NCBI RefSeq assembly: GCF_009914755.1
Contig: NC_060928.1
From: the human T2T-CHM13v2.0 reference genome, Homo sapiens
DNA: 64,000 bases
Strand: one strand, 5' to 3'
Shown: positions 35,357-49,368 of the stretch, in pieces
Layout of the letters: every line of letters begins with the position of its first letter
Position numbering within the stretch: the first letter of the stretch is position 1
The notes under the pieces: model-generated
Seen by the model: only the letters and a program-made list of their open reading frames with translations
What the model was told of the DNA's origin: nothing
Database searches by the model: none
Translations under genes and position numbers: made by a program

Positions 35357-35394
<38 letters not shown>
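35332..35394. repeat. (GA)n microsatellite / polypurine tract
   Basis: Seen directly. Confidence 0.95.
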
Positions 35395-35398
<4 letters not shown>

Positions 35399-36585
35399 AG
35401 AAAGAAGAAAGAGGGAGAACTACAATTTAATTGCACAAATATTTAGAGGGTTCAAAGATGATGTTGGAAGGCTGGAGCTCGTAATTGATGCATACACATC
35501 TATGCTGATTATAGAATAGATTTATAAATAGCTTTTGGACATTTCTTTCTAAAGAAACCAATGATCAGTTTCCTAAGAATTTCTGCCTCTTGCAATTTTT
35601 TGGCATCTAGAGCTGATTCTGTTTAAAATGAGGCACTTGTGACACTTTGAATGCACTCTGGTTCTGAACAGGATCTTGAGCCTGTCTTGAGTCTCCTACC
35701 TTGAGCTGCCACCTCACTTTGTCATACTCTGTCATCTACCTTCTTCCTAGTGAATGATTTATTTTGAAGTTTTTGTTTTAATTTTCTTCTCTCACTTTAG
35801 CTTTAGATTGATAGTCTTCCTCTCTTGACATCTGTTTTGCCTCACTGAGAAGGCTGTCCAAATGTAGCACGTTACCGTGTTTCTTTATTATCTTTATAGA
35901 ACAACGGGGTGTAGATGTGTGACCATAATTCAAGAGGCTTGTTGCAGGGTGCTAGAAACTTGCTGGGGAAAAGTGCAGTACATGAAGGATGTTGGAAAGC
36001 AGACAATTGCATGGTGTGGCAGGAAAACAAAGCACAATGCACTCAGCTCTTATTTCCCAGCAAACCTCCAAGTTGTCTGACCCTACCAACAGTGTGGAGA
36101 AGTTTCCTGAATCTTCATTCTGTGTAAGAGAAGAAGCATCTCATGCTAACCATGGTGGGCACAACCAGCTGAGATCAAGTGCTTTTCCAGGGTCTTCCCT
36201 ATGACTCCTCGACTGGCCAACAAAGCTGCTCTTTAGCTACCATTGTCTCATTTTTGTTTGGTGGTTGAGATGCAATTTTTATTAATGTGGCAGAGAAAAA
36301 TGTCATCCTATGTTGAATAAATAGTTTAGTAGCCCTTAAATATTTTTTAACTGAGGAGTTAATGTTAGATAGAGTTGTAACAGGCATTTACAAAGGTAAT
36401 ATCAAAGGATACTATCAAAATACTTGTAAGAAGCTTGGGTCCTTGAATGACATGCCACTTGTAAGCATATGTTAGAGATAAGCCCGTCCCACTGGTAAGT
36501 GCTGTAAATTATGAAAGAGACACTTACGCAGTCTGGCAGAGCATTTTCTTGATAACAGTTTTTAGAATTAAATTCCTTATAAGTA

Positions 36586-36666
36586 TTAGGTTGGTGCACA
36601 AGTAATTGCGGTTTTTTGCCATTACTTTTAATGGTGAAAACCGCTATTACTCTTGTACCAACCTAA
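36586..36666. mobile_element. MADE1 (Hsmar1 mariner MITE), palindromic, TA TSD
   Basis: ta-ttaggttggtgcacaagtaattgcggtttt...aaaaccgctattactcttgtaccaacctaa-ta. Confidence 0.93.
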
Positions 36667-36763
36667 TATAAAGTTTTGAAGCGTTTTGGATAACATTGGC
36701 ATTATTAGAAACAAGTTATGTGGCATATAATACAACTTCCTATCTTAAAAATTGAGCCAGCAT

Positions 36764-36784
36764 ACACACACACACACACACACA
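36764..36784. repeat. (CA)n microsatellite
   Basis: Seen directly. Confidence 0.9.
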
Positions 36785-37570
36785 TATACCCCCTATGTAT
36801 TTAAAGGTACCCTAATATTTATTTTTCTTTATCATGAGGAATAAGATAGTATATAACCTCAGTAGTCATGGATTTAACACTCTTGGTTTTAATGATTTGT
36901 GTAGGATCTTTCAAGTTCATGATGTGTTTTAAATCAATGATTTTGCTGAGGTCTTCATTGATTTGCATGTTGAGACAGGCTTCACATGTAGGAAGAAAAC
37001 ATTTGTCTATAAATCACCTAGATGACCACCTAATATCTTCATTGGGTCATGATATGTACTCTCTACTCAATCTCTATAAAATAACTCAAGTAAATTGAAG
37101 TGAGAACACTGTCATAGGTTTTGGGCGAGGGAGGGTGTGTATAAAAATGGCCCTGAAAAGAAAGCCAATTACTAGTTCTTATGATGGATAAGAAGAAAAA
37201 GGATGAGGTTTATAGAAGTTTTTTTTTTAACTAGAAAATAGAAATTTTTGATAAATTAATAAATGGAATGTTAAATTTGGCAGTAGCCCTAGTCTATATT
37301 ATGAACCATAGAGCATTTTTTTTTACTTTATGGAAAAAATGATATGATCATATGGTCTTAGTAAACTTAGAGACTTTTGAAAGCCTTATAATTATCTCTT
37401 AATTTGTAATTTAATTTGAATTTAAATTGATAATTTAAAGTAGTTGGTTTAACTCTTCTGATTTTCAAGTTTAGTGGAAATTATATTATGCTTACACCAT
37501 ATGCCACACAGGACATAGCTAACCTGGCCTAGTATCGAAAGTAGATTGACCAATCAACAAATAAATGAGT

Positions 37571-38064
37571 TGTGGTTCCAAAATTGGCTACTAATGATCA
37601 TCTTCCTTTTATACATTCCTGTTGGTAGTTCCTCTCACATCCTCTGAACTGGTCTTATGATTTGCTTTCCCCATCTGGACATGAGCAAACCTGATACAGG
37701 CGGGGATCTGAAAAAGTCTTGCACACTGGAGCTTGCCTCTCACTGCTCTTGAAGACCCTCTGGCTGTCACCATGAGAAGAAGCTAAATTAGCCTGCAGGA
37801 TGATGAGCAACACGTTTCTCAGTGACCCTACCCTTTCGAGAAAAAACAGCCAGCTTTAGGCATATTATGAGTTGTCCACAAATGCAGTGGTGAGCTCAGC
37901 AGGGGCCAGTCATGAGAACCATCAGGTGAGACAGCCCAAAGTGCCAACCCACAGAATCTTGAGCTGCTTGTTCAAATCTTTCTTAGATTCCATCGACAAC
38001 CTCAAGTGCTTCCCATAAATTCCTTTTCTTTTTTTAACTTAGCCAAAGAACTCTAACTGATACA
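37571..38064 (+). mobile_element. MLT1F/G/H-like MaLR LTR
   Basis: Starts tgtgg; 'caccatgagaagaagc', 'ccaacccacagaatcttgagc'; ends 'taactgataca'. Confidence 0.65.
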
Positions 38065-40869
38065 TATACAATAATCCAAATCAACTTGGATTTCATCCTG
38101 GCCGTTTATGAGTATTGCCATAAATGCCACAGTATTCTGAGCTATTTCGTCCCTATACATTTGAACGGAGTAATACTCCTGAGTTTCAATGACTATTACC
38201 TGTCTGAGCAAGGTGTTGAAATACATAAACCAACCTGTAGATCATCTGGAACACACATTTTCTGTATCTGGTCACCTTACATAATACAAACAACTTTTAT
38301 ATTAGAAAATGCTCATCTCATTTTTCTTACATGTGGTGATACAGTCATACTTGCAAGAGCATTTTCTTATGTCATTATAAATATTCATTTTTTTTCCAGT
38401 CAATAGACATTGTAATAATAATGCCTCTCATTTTGTAATACTTTATATTATACAAAAAAATGTGAATACGTCATTTACTCTGTGGTTGATATCACATAGA
38501 TGAGAAAACTGAAGCTTAAAAAACTGCGTCTCAGTTGAGGCAGAAATAGGAAAAGGTAGTTGGGATATCATTTACCATTTTATTAAAACGATTTGAATGG
38601 AGAGAAAGATAGTTTCCAAAAGGCAAATTAGGCCTCTATTTCACCCAGAAATAGAAGGGTTCCTAGGCAGGCAAAAATAAAAGATATTGGCTATAGTTGC
38701 TATGATTAATAAGGATGACTTTTAAAATGTTTTCTTATGAAACCTGCACCAAAGTTACTTAAGTCACCATGTCGTATTTCTTCCCCAAATTATAAAGTTG
38801 GCACTAGATTTTTAAAAGCTATTTTCTAAGAGAATGAGAATTTTCTTGGGAAATTTATTGTCACCCCAACTGAATCTGGGCATTGTACAAATTTTACTTG
38901 AAATCTTATGTTCTAAAGGAATACAAATTTAAAATGGATTAAATAGATAAACAATGAAGTATTTTAATTCATTGTGGGTTTCATGATAATTGGCCCAATA
39001 CTACAGTCTAATGTAATAAACATTTTGTTTAGACTACAAAAGCACTGTGAACAAGAACACTAGAGTTGCACTCATATTCCTAAATAAGGAAAATATACCT
39101 TTACTTTTCTTGGTGACAGAAGGCCTTTGAAAAATTTGACATTGTTCAGGTTTATCCACAGATGATTGTCAGTGTTATTACTGTAGACAGCCAAATAATA
39201 TCTCCCTTAAATATTTTCCATGGTAAATCATCTTCAGTTTGGAATGTTGTCTGTCCCTAAAATTTTTATTTCCTCTTGGAGACATTGCTTTTTAAGAATC
39301 TACATTTGATTCTATATTTTATGATATGGAAATCGATAATTGAATTAACAAAACATGAACTAACACAATAATAAACTCACAAAACAATCTCAGGAAGCCC
39401 TGTATCATTTGATACAACAAAAAAAATTAAGAAAGAGCAATGAGAAGCCATATTTTCTAATGTTTTTACCCCATGCTTTTAGTTCAATTCCTCAAATAAC
39501 TCATAAAATTTATAATTCTTAATAAAAATGTTGATCATTTCTATATGCAAGTTAATTCCACCATATTTGTAAGTTAAAAAACTACAAAGCAATATTTCTA
39601 TAGCATTGAATACCCAAAATGACAGTATTCCTCATACTGAATAGGTAGATACCAACTTATGGTTCTCAAGTGAACAGACAGAAAATGCTCTGAGATACAT
39701 TGGTTTACTTGAGGACAGTGCGACATATAGCTTATAATTACACACATTTACATAGAAATCTTTGCTGTGATACCATATGTCACCACGGGTAAGAGTGAGG
39801 CTAGCTGAGATAATATTCAGTAAGTAGTACCATTTACCTAAGCTACCCTTTCTGTGCAGCAGCATTGTGACAGCCATTGTGACTTGGGAAGCACCTGTCC
39901 TCTTACACATACATGACAATTTCAGAAGGGATTTTAGAATTCGTGATCTCATAAAACAAATGGATTAAATGGAAATAATCAAATATATATTTTGGATTTA
40001 TGGTTATATTGTTTGTTATACAGATCACTTTAGAATTAATATTTTAAAAATTACCTACAGCGATTTTATGTGTTCTTGGTATTAATTAATTGCATTTATC
40101 CTAGACATTGATAATGACTTAATTTCCAAAGAAATTAGTGAAACCCTTGGTCAAATATTGAATGAAGAAATATGCCTGTGCTTAGCTCTCACGTACTTTA
40201 GTAATTCCTCCTCTTGTTTCTGGCTCTTCAAAACCCATGTTAATTAGCCCTTGGGTAATCTCTACTCTATGTAGAAGATGTAAATTCAAGCTTACAAACT
40301 TAGAGGTGAAATGTGGTTATCTTTATTTTTCCTATAACTGAATTGTAATAAGCCTCTATTCAACTGCAAGACAAAATCATTTTTCACTTGGGCCTATCAA
40401 ATTTATTGCAGAATCACATCAAGCTTCTCCAGGGTGGAACTAGGGCTTACATCATTTCTAGGCATCAGGCAGTAAATGGGGTGAGGCAGATGGCATGCCT
40501 TGTCTGAGTCATTGTCATTCATTTGTTCTGGCTTCTGCTGAGATATTTTCTTTTCAGAAGGGGCTTTAAGCTGTCTTTCTATAGACATTTGATGTGCTTT
40601 CTCTTATTGCCATCATAAAAGCTTGAGAGTTTCAATCTTCTGTGCTGTTGTCTTTGAATGTGGGGGAAATATTTAACTGCTCCAACATCACATTTGGGTA
40701 TGGGCAACTCTGGGCTCTCTTAGGCTTCTCTGCTCAGACAATGCAAACCAACTTCTATGCTTCCACTTGGTCATGCTGAGCATAGGAAATTGAGGTCTGA
40801 CTGCCTCCCCAGGTGCCATTCATACATGGAAGGCAGAAATCCAATCTGAATTTTCATTGTGAAACAAAG

Positions 40870-41640
40870 TTCCTTCTTGACATTCTCTATCTCAGTAAAT
40901 GCCATCATCATTCACACAGTTACTGAGATTAAAAAATAATTGATTTATCCTTGATTCTTGTTTTTCTCCTATGCCTCCATCCAATATGGTAGAAAGTCTT
41001 TTCAACTCTAACTTGAAATTTTATCCCTAACCCACTTCTCATCACTTCCATTGCTATCATCTTTATCCAAGCCAGCATTTTGTCTTACCTGGCCAGCATG
41101 TGGTTTCACCTGGCTTACCTCCTTAACTGGCATCTATTAATTCCCTGCTTCTATGAGTACTACCTCTCTCCTACCCCCAGAGTAACCTACTGAAAACTTG
41201 AATTATGCTACTCTTCTACCCAAACCCTCCAATCACTTGACATAATGTATGAAGTAAAATCCAGATTTCTTACCAAGGTTTACAGGGCCCTATTCACTCT
41301 GCTTCTTCTGGTCTAGACTTCGTATTCCTTGAATCTGCTGACATTATTCCTTTTTAACTTTATAGTTTTTCATTTCCTGTCCTCCCTCATGTGATTCCTT
41401 CAAAAATGCTACCTCCTCAGGGAAGGCTTCTTCTCCCTATATCTTTACCCGACTTATTTTTCTTCAGAACATTTATTACTACCCAAAATTAATTATTTGT
41501 TTATAGGTTTGTTGCTTGGCTTCATCACCAAGGCCTGAACTTTATCCTCTCAATTGCTATCCATAGCATATAGTACATTACCTTGTGGTACATAGTAGGC
41601 CATCAGTAAAGACTTTTTTTTTTTTTCAGTGGATGAATGC
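40870..41640 (+). mobile_element. L2 3' region
   Basis: Pyrimidine-rich L2 body ending 'gtacatagtaggccatcagtaaa...ggatgaatg'. Confidence 0.6.
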
Positions 41641-42164
41641 ACTTGAAATTGGAAATACAGGGGAAATAGGGCAGTGTTTTCAATTTGCTGTATTTATTTT
41701 TGGAGATGAGAACAACTTCAGGATTCAATATGAACTCAAAGAGGCTTCTCTCATTTGAGTAGAAGATATAGAGATACTTCTTATGTGTGACTACACAATT
41801 TTGCCCCTCACTTCAGCACAGTACGGTTTTTTACTATTTAACCATGTCATGTCCAATATTGTATAGCCTCTTGAAGTCAAGAAGATATGCATCATCTTAA
41901 ATCTAAAATCCACAACCCTGTTTAAAACAGCAGAAAATTAAAAAAAAATCAGTGACCTGGAAATTCATCTGTAAACCACAGTAATTGATATGTTCACCAA
42001 CCTGACTGAGCATGTACAACATTACTGGCATTAGGCATCAAGAATTCCTGGAAAATGTGGGCAGCATACATTAGTCATTTATCATTAAGCTGTGGAGGCT
42101 TTTTATTAGTCTCAGCTGTGTTCCTGTTAATAGTGTTTGACATTTATACATCCCAGGGCTCCTT

Positions 42165-42640
42165 CAGTACTAAGTGATTGGAACCCAATTAAAACTAGTT
42201 TAAGTAAAGACCAATATTTATTGGCTGATGGAACTGGGAGGTCAAGGCTGGAATCTGGGCTCAAACGATATTTTCATGGTTTGAGCTTTGTCTCTGTCTT
42301 TTGGTTCTGCTTCTCATCACTTATACACATGTGTTAGCTTCTTCTACATGAATAGACTCTCATTATTTAGAAAAAAGTGCTAGATCATTAGAAGTTGTAA
42401 TAAAAATGGAAGAGTCTTGCAGCAGAAGCAGCTAAAGAATCCCTGAGAGGGTTCTAATTGGCCAACCTTAGGTCCTAGGCCTATGATAACCCTATCACTG
42501 TGAGCGAGATGTTGTATTATGATTGGATCAAACTTGATCACGTGTCCCTTTGACAAAGGGAGTGATGAACACATGACTGACAGCTCTTCTAGGAACACAA
42601 GGAGTATGAGAAACCAAAGAAGGGGCATAGGAAATTATGT
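42165..42640 (-). mobile_element. Old MLT1 (M/N/K-like) LTR fragment
   Basis: 'atttattggctgatggaactggga', 'ttctaattggccaaccttaggtc'. Confidence 0.45.
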
Positions 42641-45509
42641 TGATCAGGTAAAATATTAAACTTATTAGCATCTGTATATCAACATTGCTTTATACTTCTT
42701 TAGGCTAAAAATGACAATGTGTTATGAAAGAAAAAACCTTGTATGTTGCACCTTATTATTTTTGACTTTATTCCAGTAACTGAAAATAATGCAATGGAAA
42801 TGTGAAATATATAATGCTGGGTAATTCTAGGATTTCCAGTATTAGAAATAATACTATCTGGAATCAAGGTCTCATAGAATGAAGAAAGAATTATGGAATG
42901 AAGATGAAAATAATGAGATGGAAAATCAATAGAAATGGAGGGCAGACATCAGAGAGATAGATGTTTCTGAAGGAGAGAAAGCATCAAAGAAAAAAAACAA
43001 TAATCATAAACCTCAAGAATAAAACTTTGAATCACAGGTCTTAAATCAAATGAATCCTTTTGCATCATATTTTATATATGAGGAAATGTAGTTTCCACTT
43101 TCCAGCCTCCCTTCTCATTTATATATTGGCCTTCTGCATGGGCTTATGTTTTGATTTTCTATCTGTAGTCTACCTTGTTACCTTGCCTATTGTATGTTTC
43201 CCTGTAAAATTGATGCCTGGCCCTGAATCTCAAATAAAATAGTAGAGTCTGTGTTTTGTCAGTGTCCTTCCTAAGCCTGGATCTTAGTCCCTGCTTTTTA
43301 TTCCTCTCTCACTCTTCATTGTCCTTGTGACCCTCCTGTTATGAAAGGACTGATCCTATTGAAGATCAACCTGGTTCTAGGGGAAGAAAAAAGAAAGCAC
43401 CTATAGAGATGGTTTTGGTGAGCAAGCTGGGTCAGCCAAGGTCACTGTAAAATGATTCTAAATGTCTTTGGGGTCACGAAGTTATTCTAGTGAGTAAAGA
43501 GTCAAGAATATTCCAGGAACCATTTGAGCTCTTATTAGTTAGCTGGTGTTCCTTAATACAAAAAAAATAAGATAGAACCTACTCTGATTGGTTGGGAACT
43601 TCTCCTTGAGAGTTCCCATGCCTTATTGCTTCTTCCTGAAAGCATCATGGAACCTCATGAGCTGGCCTGTACCTAATATTTCTCTTCATCCCCATTGGCA
43701 CAATTTGTGAAGGCTTAGAATGCTTTGAAAGCTAATACTGTCGTTACAGGTTAACCCAGAGCCTTTTTCTTTTCTGGAAATGCAAGAGAAATAGTCAGCT
43801 TCTTCCTATTTGGTAAAATTACCTTCTGACTTTAGAAGTGGAACGTCCTCAGCAGGTCCCATCTCAGCACCTGGTCAGTTGTGCTGTGCCTGATTCTGCA
43901 GGCCAAAGAAGCAATCAGGACAATAAACTTAGCGGGACCCCTGCTAATGGGTCTTTCTGGGATTGGGGTTGGCTTTATTTGCTCTTACTTGATTTAGGCA
44001 GTGATAACCAAGTCTAGAATGGGAAAAACTCCTTAAACGGTGAAGTTGGATTTGCACTGTGCTTTTCCAAATCATTTTTATTTCAGAATGAAAGAGCTGG
44101 AAAAAGCTTGCCAACTTTTGGTCTATTTGTATTTGTGTATTTCTTAAGAGGTACACAAAATCTCTTATTACGTAAGTTATGATAAAGCTCAGTGCTAGGA
44201 CAATTAATAACATATTCTTTAAGTCAAATAATGTTTTTCATATCACAGATTGAGGCGTTATTCCTTTTTCTTTTAAGCCTTATGGATAGGTATCCTTGGT
44301 TACACATCTCACATCTAATCTCTCTAGCCTAATATCTGTTTTTTTTCTCATGTTTTTAAAGGTAATTTATGGTGTTACAAGTGTGAGGGTTTTGAGGACT
44401 TGGGAGTGAGGGGCAGACTAGATTTACCTTTCCTCAGGAGACTGGAAACTCACCATGTGCTTGATGAGATTGTGAAAATTTTTTTCCCATATGGCAAATT
44501 CCAAAAGACATGTGGTAATGAGCCATGACTGAACACAGACAACACAGTCTATAATTAACCTCATATAGACAGCATGCAGTAGGAACTTATATACCTTTGG
44601 CTCCAATATCTCACCATCCCCTAATTGTTTAGTTCTATAAGTGTATCAGTTTAAAAGGAAGAAGCCTCCTACATGTAGACAAGGTTTTATCTTTCCAGGA
44701 AAGTAACTGGGACAATGATCTTCATTATCATTCTCTCTGGGTTAGATATATAAAAAAGGAGGGTCACAGATACGTTTTCATGAAAGTATACATGTTACCC
44801 ACATACAACTTTGGAATTGTCAAGCAAAAATTGTAGCATTAGTCTGCATAATGAGAATCTTTTTTGATTTTAGATTTCTTTTCATTTTCTTCACAAATTA
44901 CTGACCCAGAATGGTTAAGGGAAAATATACATTAAAATAGGTTGATCAAATAAATTATTGAAAAGGGAAGTCTAGATAATAAATTCCTTATGGAACCTTT
45001 CTCCAGGGCATGGCATTCAAGGATGAGACATCTGTTAGAGTTGGTCTGACAGCTAGCTTCCTCTGCAGAGTTTGGATAATGGACTCACACATGCACACAC
45101 CTAATATGTTGTGTATTTATTAAGCTGCCCTACTGACAGTTATACTACATGAAGTTCAGCATAAGACTCAAGTGTAGGGTTCCAAACCAGCATTTCAGAA
45201 TTGACTGCACATTCAATTAAACTCAAATAGTCCAGTACCACCCTTTATTCTGTAAAACACCAAAATGAAATAGAAAAGGCAATCTGATACTTACACTGTA
45301 TGCTGTTGTTCCATTCAGTGATTCTCCAGACAACTATAAACTGAGATCTTATTTGGGATACTTTTCTGGCCATGCATCCCCTAGCAGCCTATACGGAAAA
45401 AATATTCAAATATTATAGGGCTAAAGGTCATCCCTCGTAAGTAGTGGACTTCAAATTCAAGAGTATACTTTGATTTTGACAGTTCATGCAATAGATTCCA
45501 AATGGAATA

Positions 45510-45668
45510 TTTTTTTTTTTTTTGAGGCGGAGTCTCGCTCTGTCGCCCAGGCTGGATCTCGGCTCACTGCAAGCCCCACCTCCTGGGTTCACGCAATTCT
45601 CCTGCCTCAGCCTCCCAAGTAGCTGGGACTACAGGCACCTGCCACCAAGCCCGGCTAATTTTTTGTAT
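45510..45668 (-). mobile_element. Truncated AluY-like right monomer with internal deletion
   Basis: polyT-'gaggcggagtctcgctctgtcgcccaggctgg'-'atctcggctcactgcaag'; the usual 'gtgcagtggcgc' is missing. Confidence 0.88.
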
Positions 45669-46849
45669 GCAGATATTATTATGCAGTTTTGGCAGAATGT
45701 CTTTCCACCATGGTCAGATAACTGAAAGTGACCAACAAAAGGAGGGTGATGTTGCAGAAAGAGAGAGAATTCTTTTATGTGTATGATTTCATGAGAAGAA
45801 TAATTAGAGCATCACATATTTCAGAGTGACAGCCAAATAATACACATTGGGTGGAACTGCTTCTTATTTATCTTTCCAAGAGAACCTAAAATACAGATGT
45901 TACCAGTGTATTTACAATGAAAAAAATTCCTTCCTTGTAAACTAAATTAAAGCTGGACCATTGAGATCCATGAAGCTCATGTTATTTGTGGCTCAGTTTC
46001 TTTGGGCATTTTTTGTAAACATTTCCTAACCATTTTATGAGCTATGAAAATGGTTGGGGAAACTGCAGCCACATAAAGGTGACATGCTAAGTATATTGCT
46101 GGAAAACATACAGCAAAGACAAGGAAACAGTGAATATCTTAAAAAATACTGTGATCCAAAGGGAGAGTTCTTCAAATTGTCTTCGTTAACCAGTAGGAAT
46201 GCTTTTAAGGTTTCTCTTGTCACTGGCAATAAAAATTATTATTATTTTTTTAAAAGGTACAGATATACAGGCAAAGTGTTCCATTCATGTAGTTTCATTT
46301 TGTTACCATTTTAATTTTGGAGGTAAGGAAAAAAGTTGTTTTCACTTCAGAGGAGGATTTTTTCTTCTACCTCTAAAATATTGATCAAATTAATTTAATT
46401 TCATAGGTAAAATTTTTGGAAGCAAATTACTTATGTGGTAGTTTTTTTCTTTTGCATTCTGTGATTTATTTTCTGTAATAGTACATGTTTTGGCCCATAG
46501 TTGGTCTGGTTTTGAAGTATTTTCTATTCTTGAGGACTTTTATATATCTTTCCTCCTTCTAATTCCAGATTGGTGGTGGTGTTTTCTTGGAGTTTGGAAG
46601 CCTCTGTTAAGCAAGGCAAGTGGAAGTATATGCAGAATGCTTACCTTGCTGACAGTCAGAGGCTTGTATTTCAGGTTGGCTTGACATCGCAAATATGCCC
46701 AAGAATGTATTCTGACTTAGATAATACGGGATGGTTACTGGGGTTGGAACTTAAAAAAATCTAGTTTAGGATTTTAGCAGATAACTCCTGTGCTGGAATG
46801 CTTTTCTAGAACCAGGAATCCTAGGGAAGAAACATTCTGATCAAATAGA

Positions 46850-46950
46850 CTTTTAAAGTTGGAAGGGACTTTAAAGATAAGCTACTCGGAGCACTTCATT
46901 TTACAGATAAGAGAACTGAGAGTCTGATAAATTAAGTGACTTACTCATGT
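46850..46950 (-). mobile_element. MIR fragment
   Basis: 'cattttacagataagagaactgag...ttaagtgacttactca'. Confidence 0.6.
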
Positions 46951-47036
46951 GTTACTTCTATTCAGAAGACATTTTGAAATATTATTAATCTTTTAAATGG
47001 ACTTTAATTAAAGTATTTAGTATTATATACATTTTT

Positions 47037-47134
47037 TTCCATAATAGAATGCTTAAGTTGGTCTCCAACTTAATAGAACACTTAATAGAATACTTAAGTT
47101 GGTTCCATAATAACCAACTTAAGTGTTCTATTAA
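47037..47134. repeat. Complex direct plus inverted micro-repeat cluster
   Basis: Unit taatagaaYRcttaagttggt repeated directly and inverted; 23-bp inverted arms at 47082-47104 and 47112-47134. Confidence 0.85.
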
Positions 47135-47867
47135 AGTCAGCCTGAATTGAAGAAACAGTTTGGGAAATTAGAATCATAGCACTTTCAAAGCTCATAATTT
47201 TCAATAGTAAGATTTAATATTATGGTTGCACTGTTGTATGAAGTAGAGGTGTATTATGAAATTAACCTGCAATGTAAAATGCCTCAAACCAGTTCTTTGA
47301 GCAGAGAAGCACAAACTTAAATGTTATTCTTTATAGGCATAGAGTTTATTCTTTGTTTTAAAAAGACCATTTGTTCTCTGTTAGTTTCTTCTTTAGGTAG
47401 TAGTAAAGAGATCAAGATATAAATGAACTTTCAAGAGGAAACTCTGTCCAGTGGCCACAAAATGAACACCTGTTCTAATCAGTAGCTCACAAATACTCAC
47501 CCTTGGATTAAAGGAGAACTGAGTAGGAGAATGTTAATGACAACATGAAGCCTGTCACTAAAGAAAAAGTTTTAAAAGTACACATTCTACTGATTATAAA
47601 GTTCTACTCATAAAAGAAGGAAAAACTAAGCCTAAGAGATGGATGGGGGAGAAATAATGGGGCAATAAGAATTCCTGGTTTTGTGATAAGCCTCATAGCT
47701 GACTGATGATGTCAAAGTTCTAAAGAAGCTTAAACTTGTAAAAGTCTTCTTTAGGAAACATGTCTAAGGTTGTGACCTGCTCACTATTTGGAAGCCAAGT
47801 ATCTTTCCCCACTAAATTAAAACCCCTCCAGAAAACAAACAGAAAACCCATAAAATGTGTTAGATTA

Positions 47868-48189
<322 letters not shown>

Positions 48190-49368
48190 GTCTCAGATTA
48201 TAGAATAAAGGCAGAATTTTAACAAAATAAATTTCTTTTATTTCAGTGTGAGGGAATACTGTGGGTCATGAAGTGGCTTTTGATACAATGAAAGTAGTCT
48301 TAATTCCACAAGTCATTTACTGTGGTACCTTAAGGCTTCTTCATGACTCTTCTCTCAGTGGCCTTCTGATATTTCTATATCTGGATTCAGAACTCTCATT
48401 GATTCAAATTGAGTCATATTTTCCTCTTTGCAGTAAATTAAAAATAAAACCTTAAGAGTTTTTTTTTTTGGTTTTCATATATTTTAAGTAAAAATCATTT
48501 TTTACATAGATACCTAATCTTGTTCCTATCTACCCAACTTGAATCCTTGGGCAAAAGAACTCCATTTATAGAATACTATTATAAAATGATGATGTGTCTA
48601 AAGTAATTCTAAAGTGAGACAAATGTCAGAAAAAGTGGCAAAGAGCAGAACTGTACATTTTAAAATATGGTAAAGTTTACTTATTTTCCTTAATATTATT
48701 TAGGAAGGCCCAGAATCAGAATTCCAAGGGATGTTAAACGCCTGATGGTAAAAACTCTGTGAGTGATACTGTTGGGTCAATGTTCTAGCTAGAGAGGAGT
48801 GATGGAAAAACTGCATGCTGGCGGAAGAGTCAGGCCTGTTTGGGTCTTGGCCACTGCACTTATACAGAAAAAAAAAAAAAAAAGAAAATCAAATAAGTTG
48901 AAATTGCTCATTTTGGCTGACTTTCCTACCACCTCCCACTCCCTCCAACCTCCCAAATTTACTTTCTGGGATGTGGACACAGACTGATTCCCTCTGAAAG
49001 AAAGAAGAGATGGCTACATGTGTCCTGCAGATGGAATAAAAAGGGGATCTGGCATTTCTAGGAACAGCTGATACTCCACTAAAAACCTCCTTAAGAGAAA
49101 TCTTACAGAGCAAGAAAAAGATAAAATATATACATTATAAAACCTTTTTTACTCTAAGTGGCTCTAGGCTTATAAAATCATCTTTACTATTTGCATAGAT
49201 TCCAATGAGATGATACTAATTTTCAGCAAAATCAAGGATCATCTTTCCAGCCCAAAATAATCAAAATTACATACTTTAGCTTCATGTGGACATAATTCAA
49301 TATATTTGTTTTTTACTATATGGTCATACATAATGAGGTATGGAACTAATACAATACCAGGATGATGC

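Noticed and set aside
35313-35420. G-tracts plus (GA)n as a functional G4 or H-DNA element
   Set aside because: Only three long G runs and a common microsatellite; nothing indicates function.
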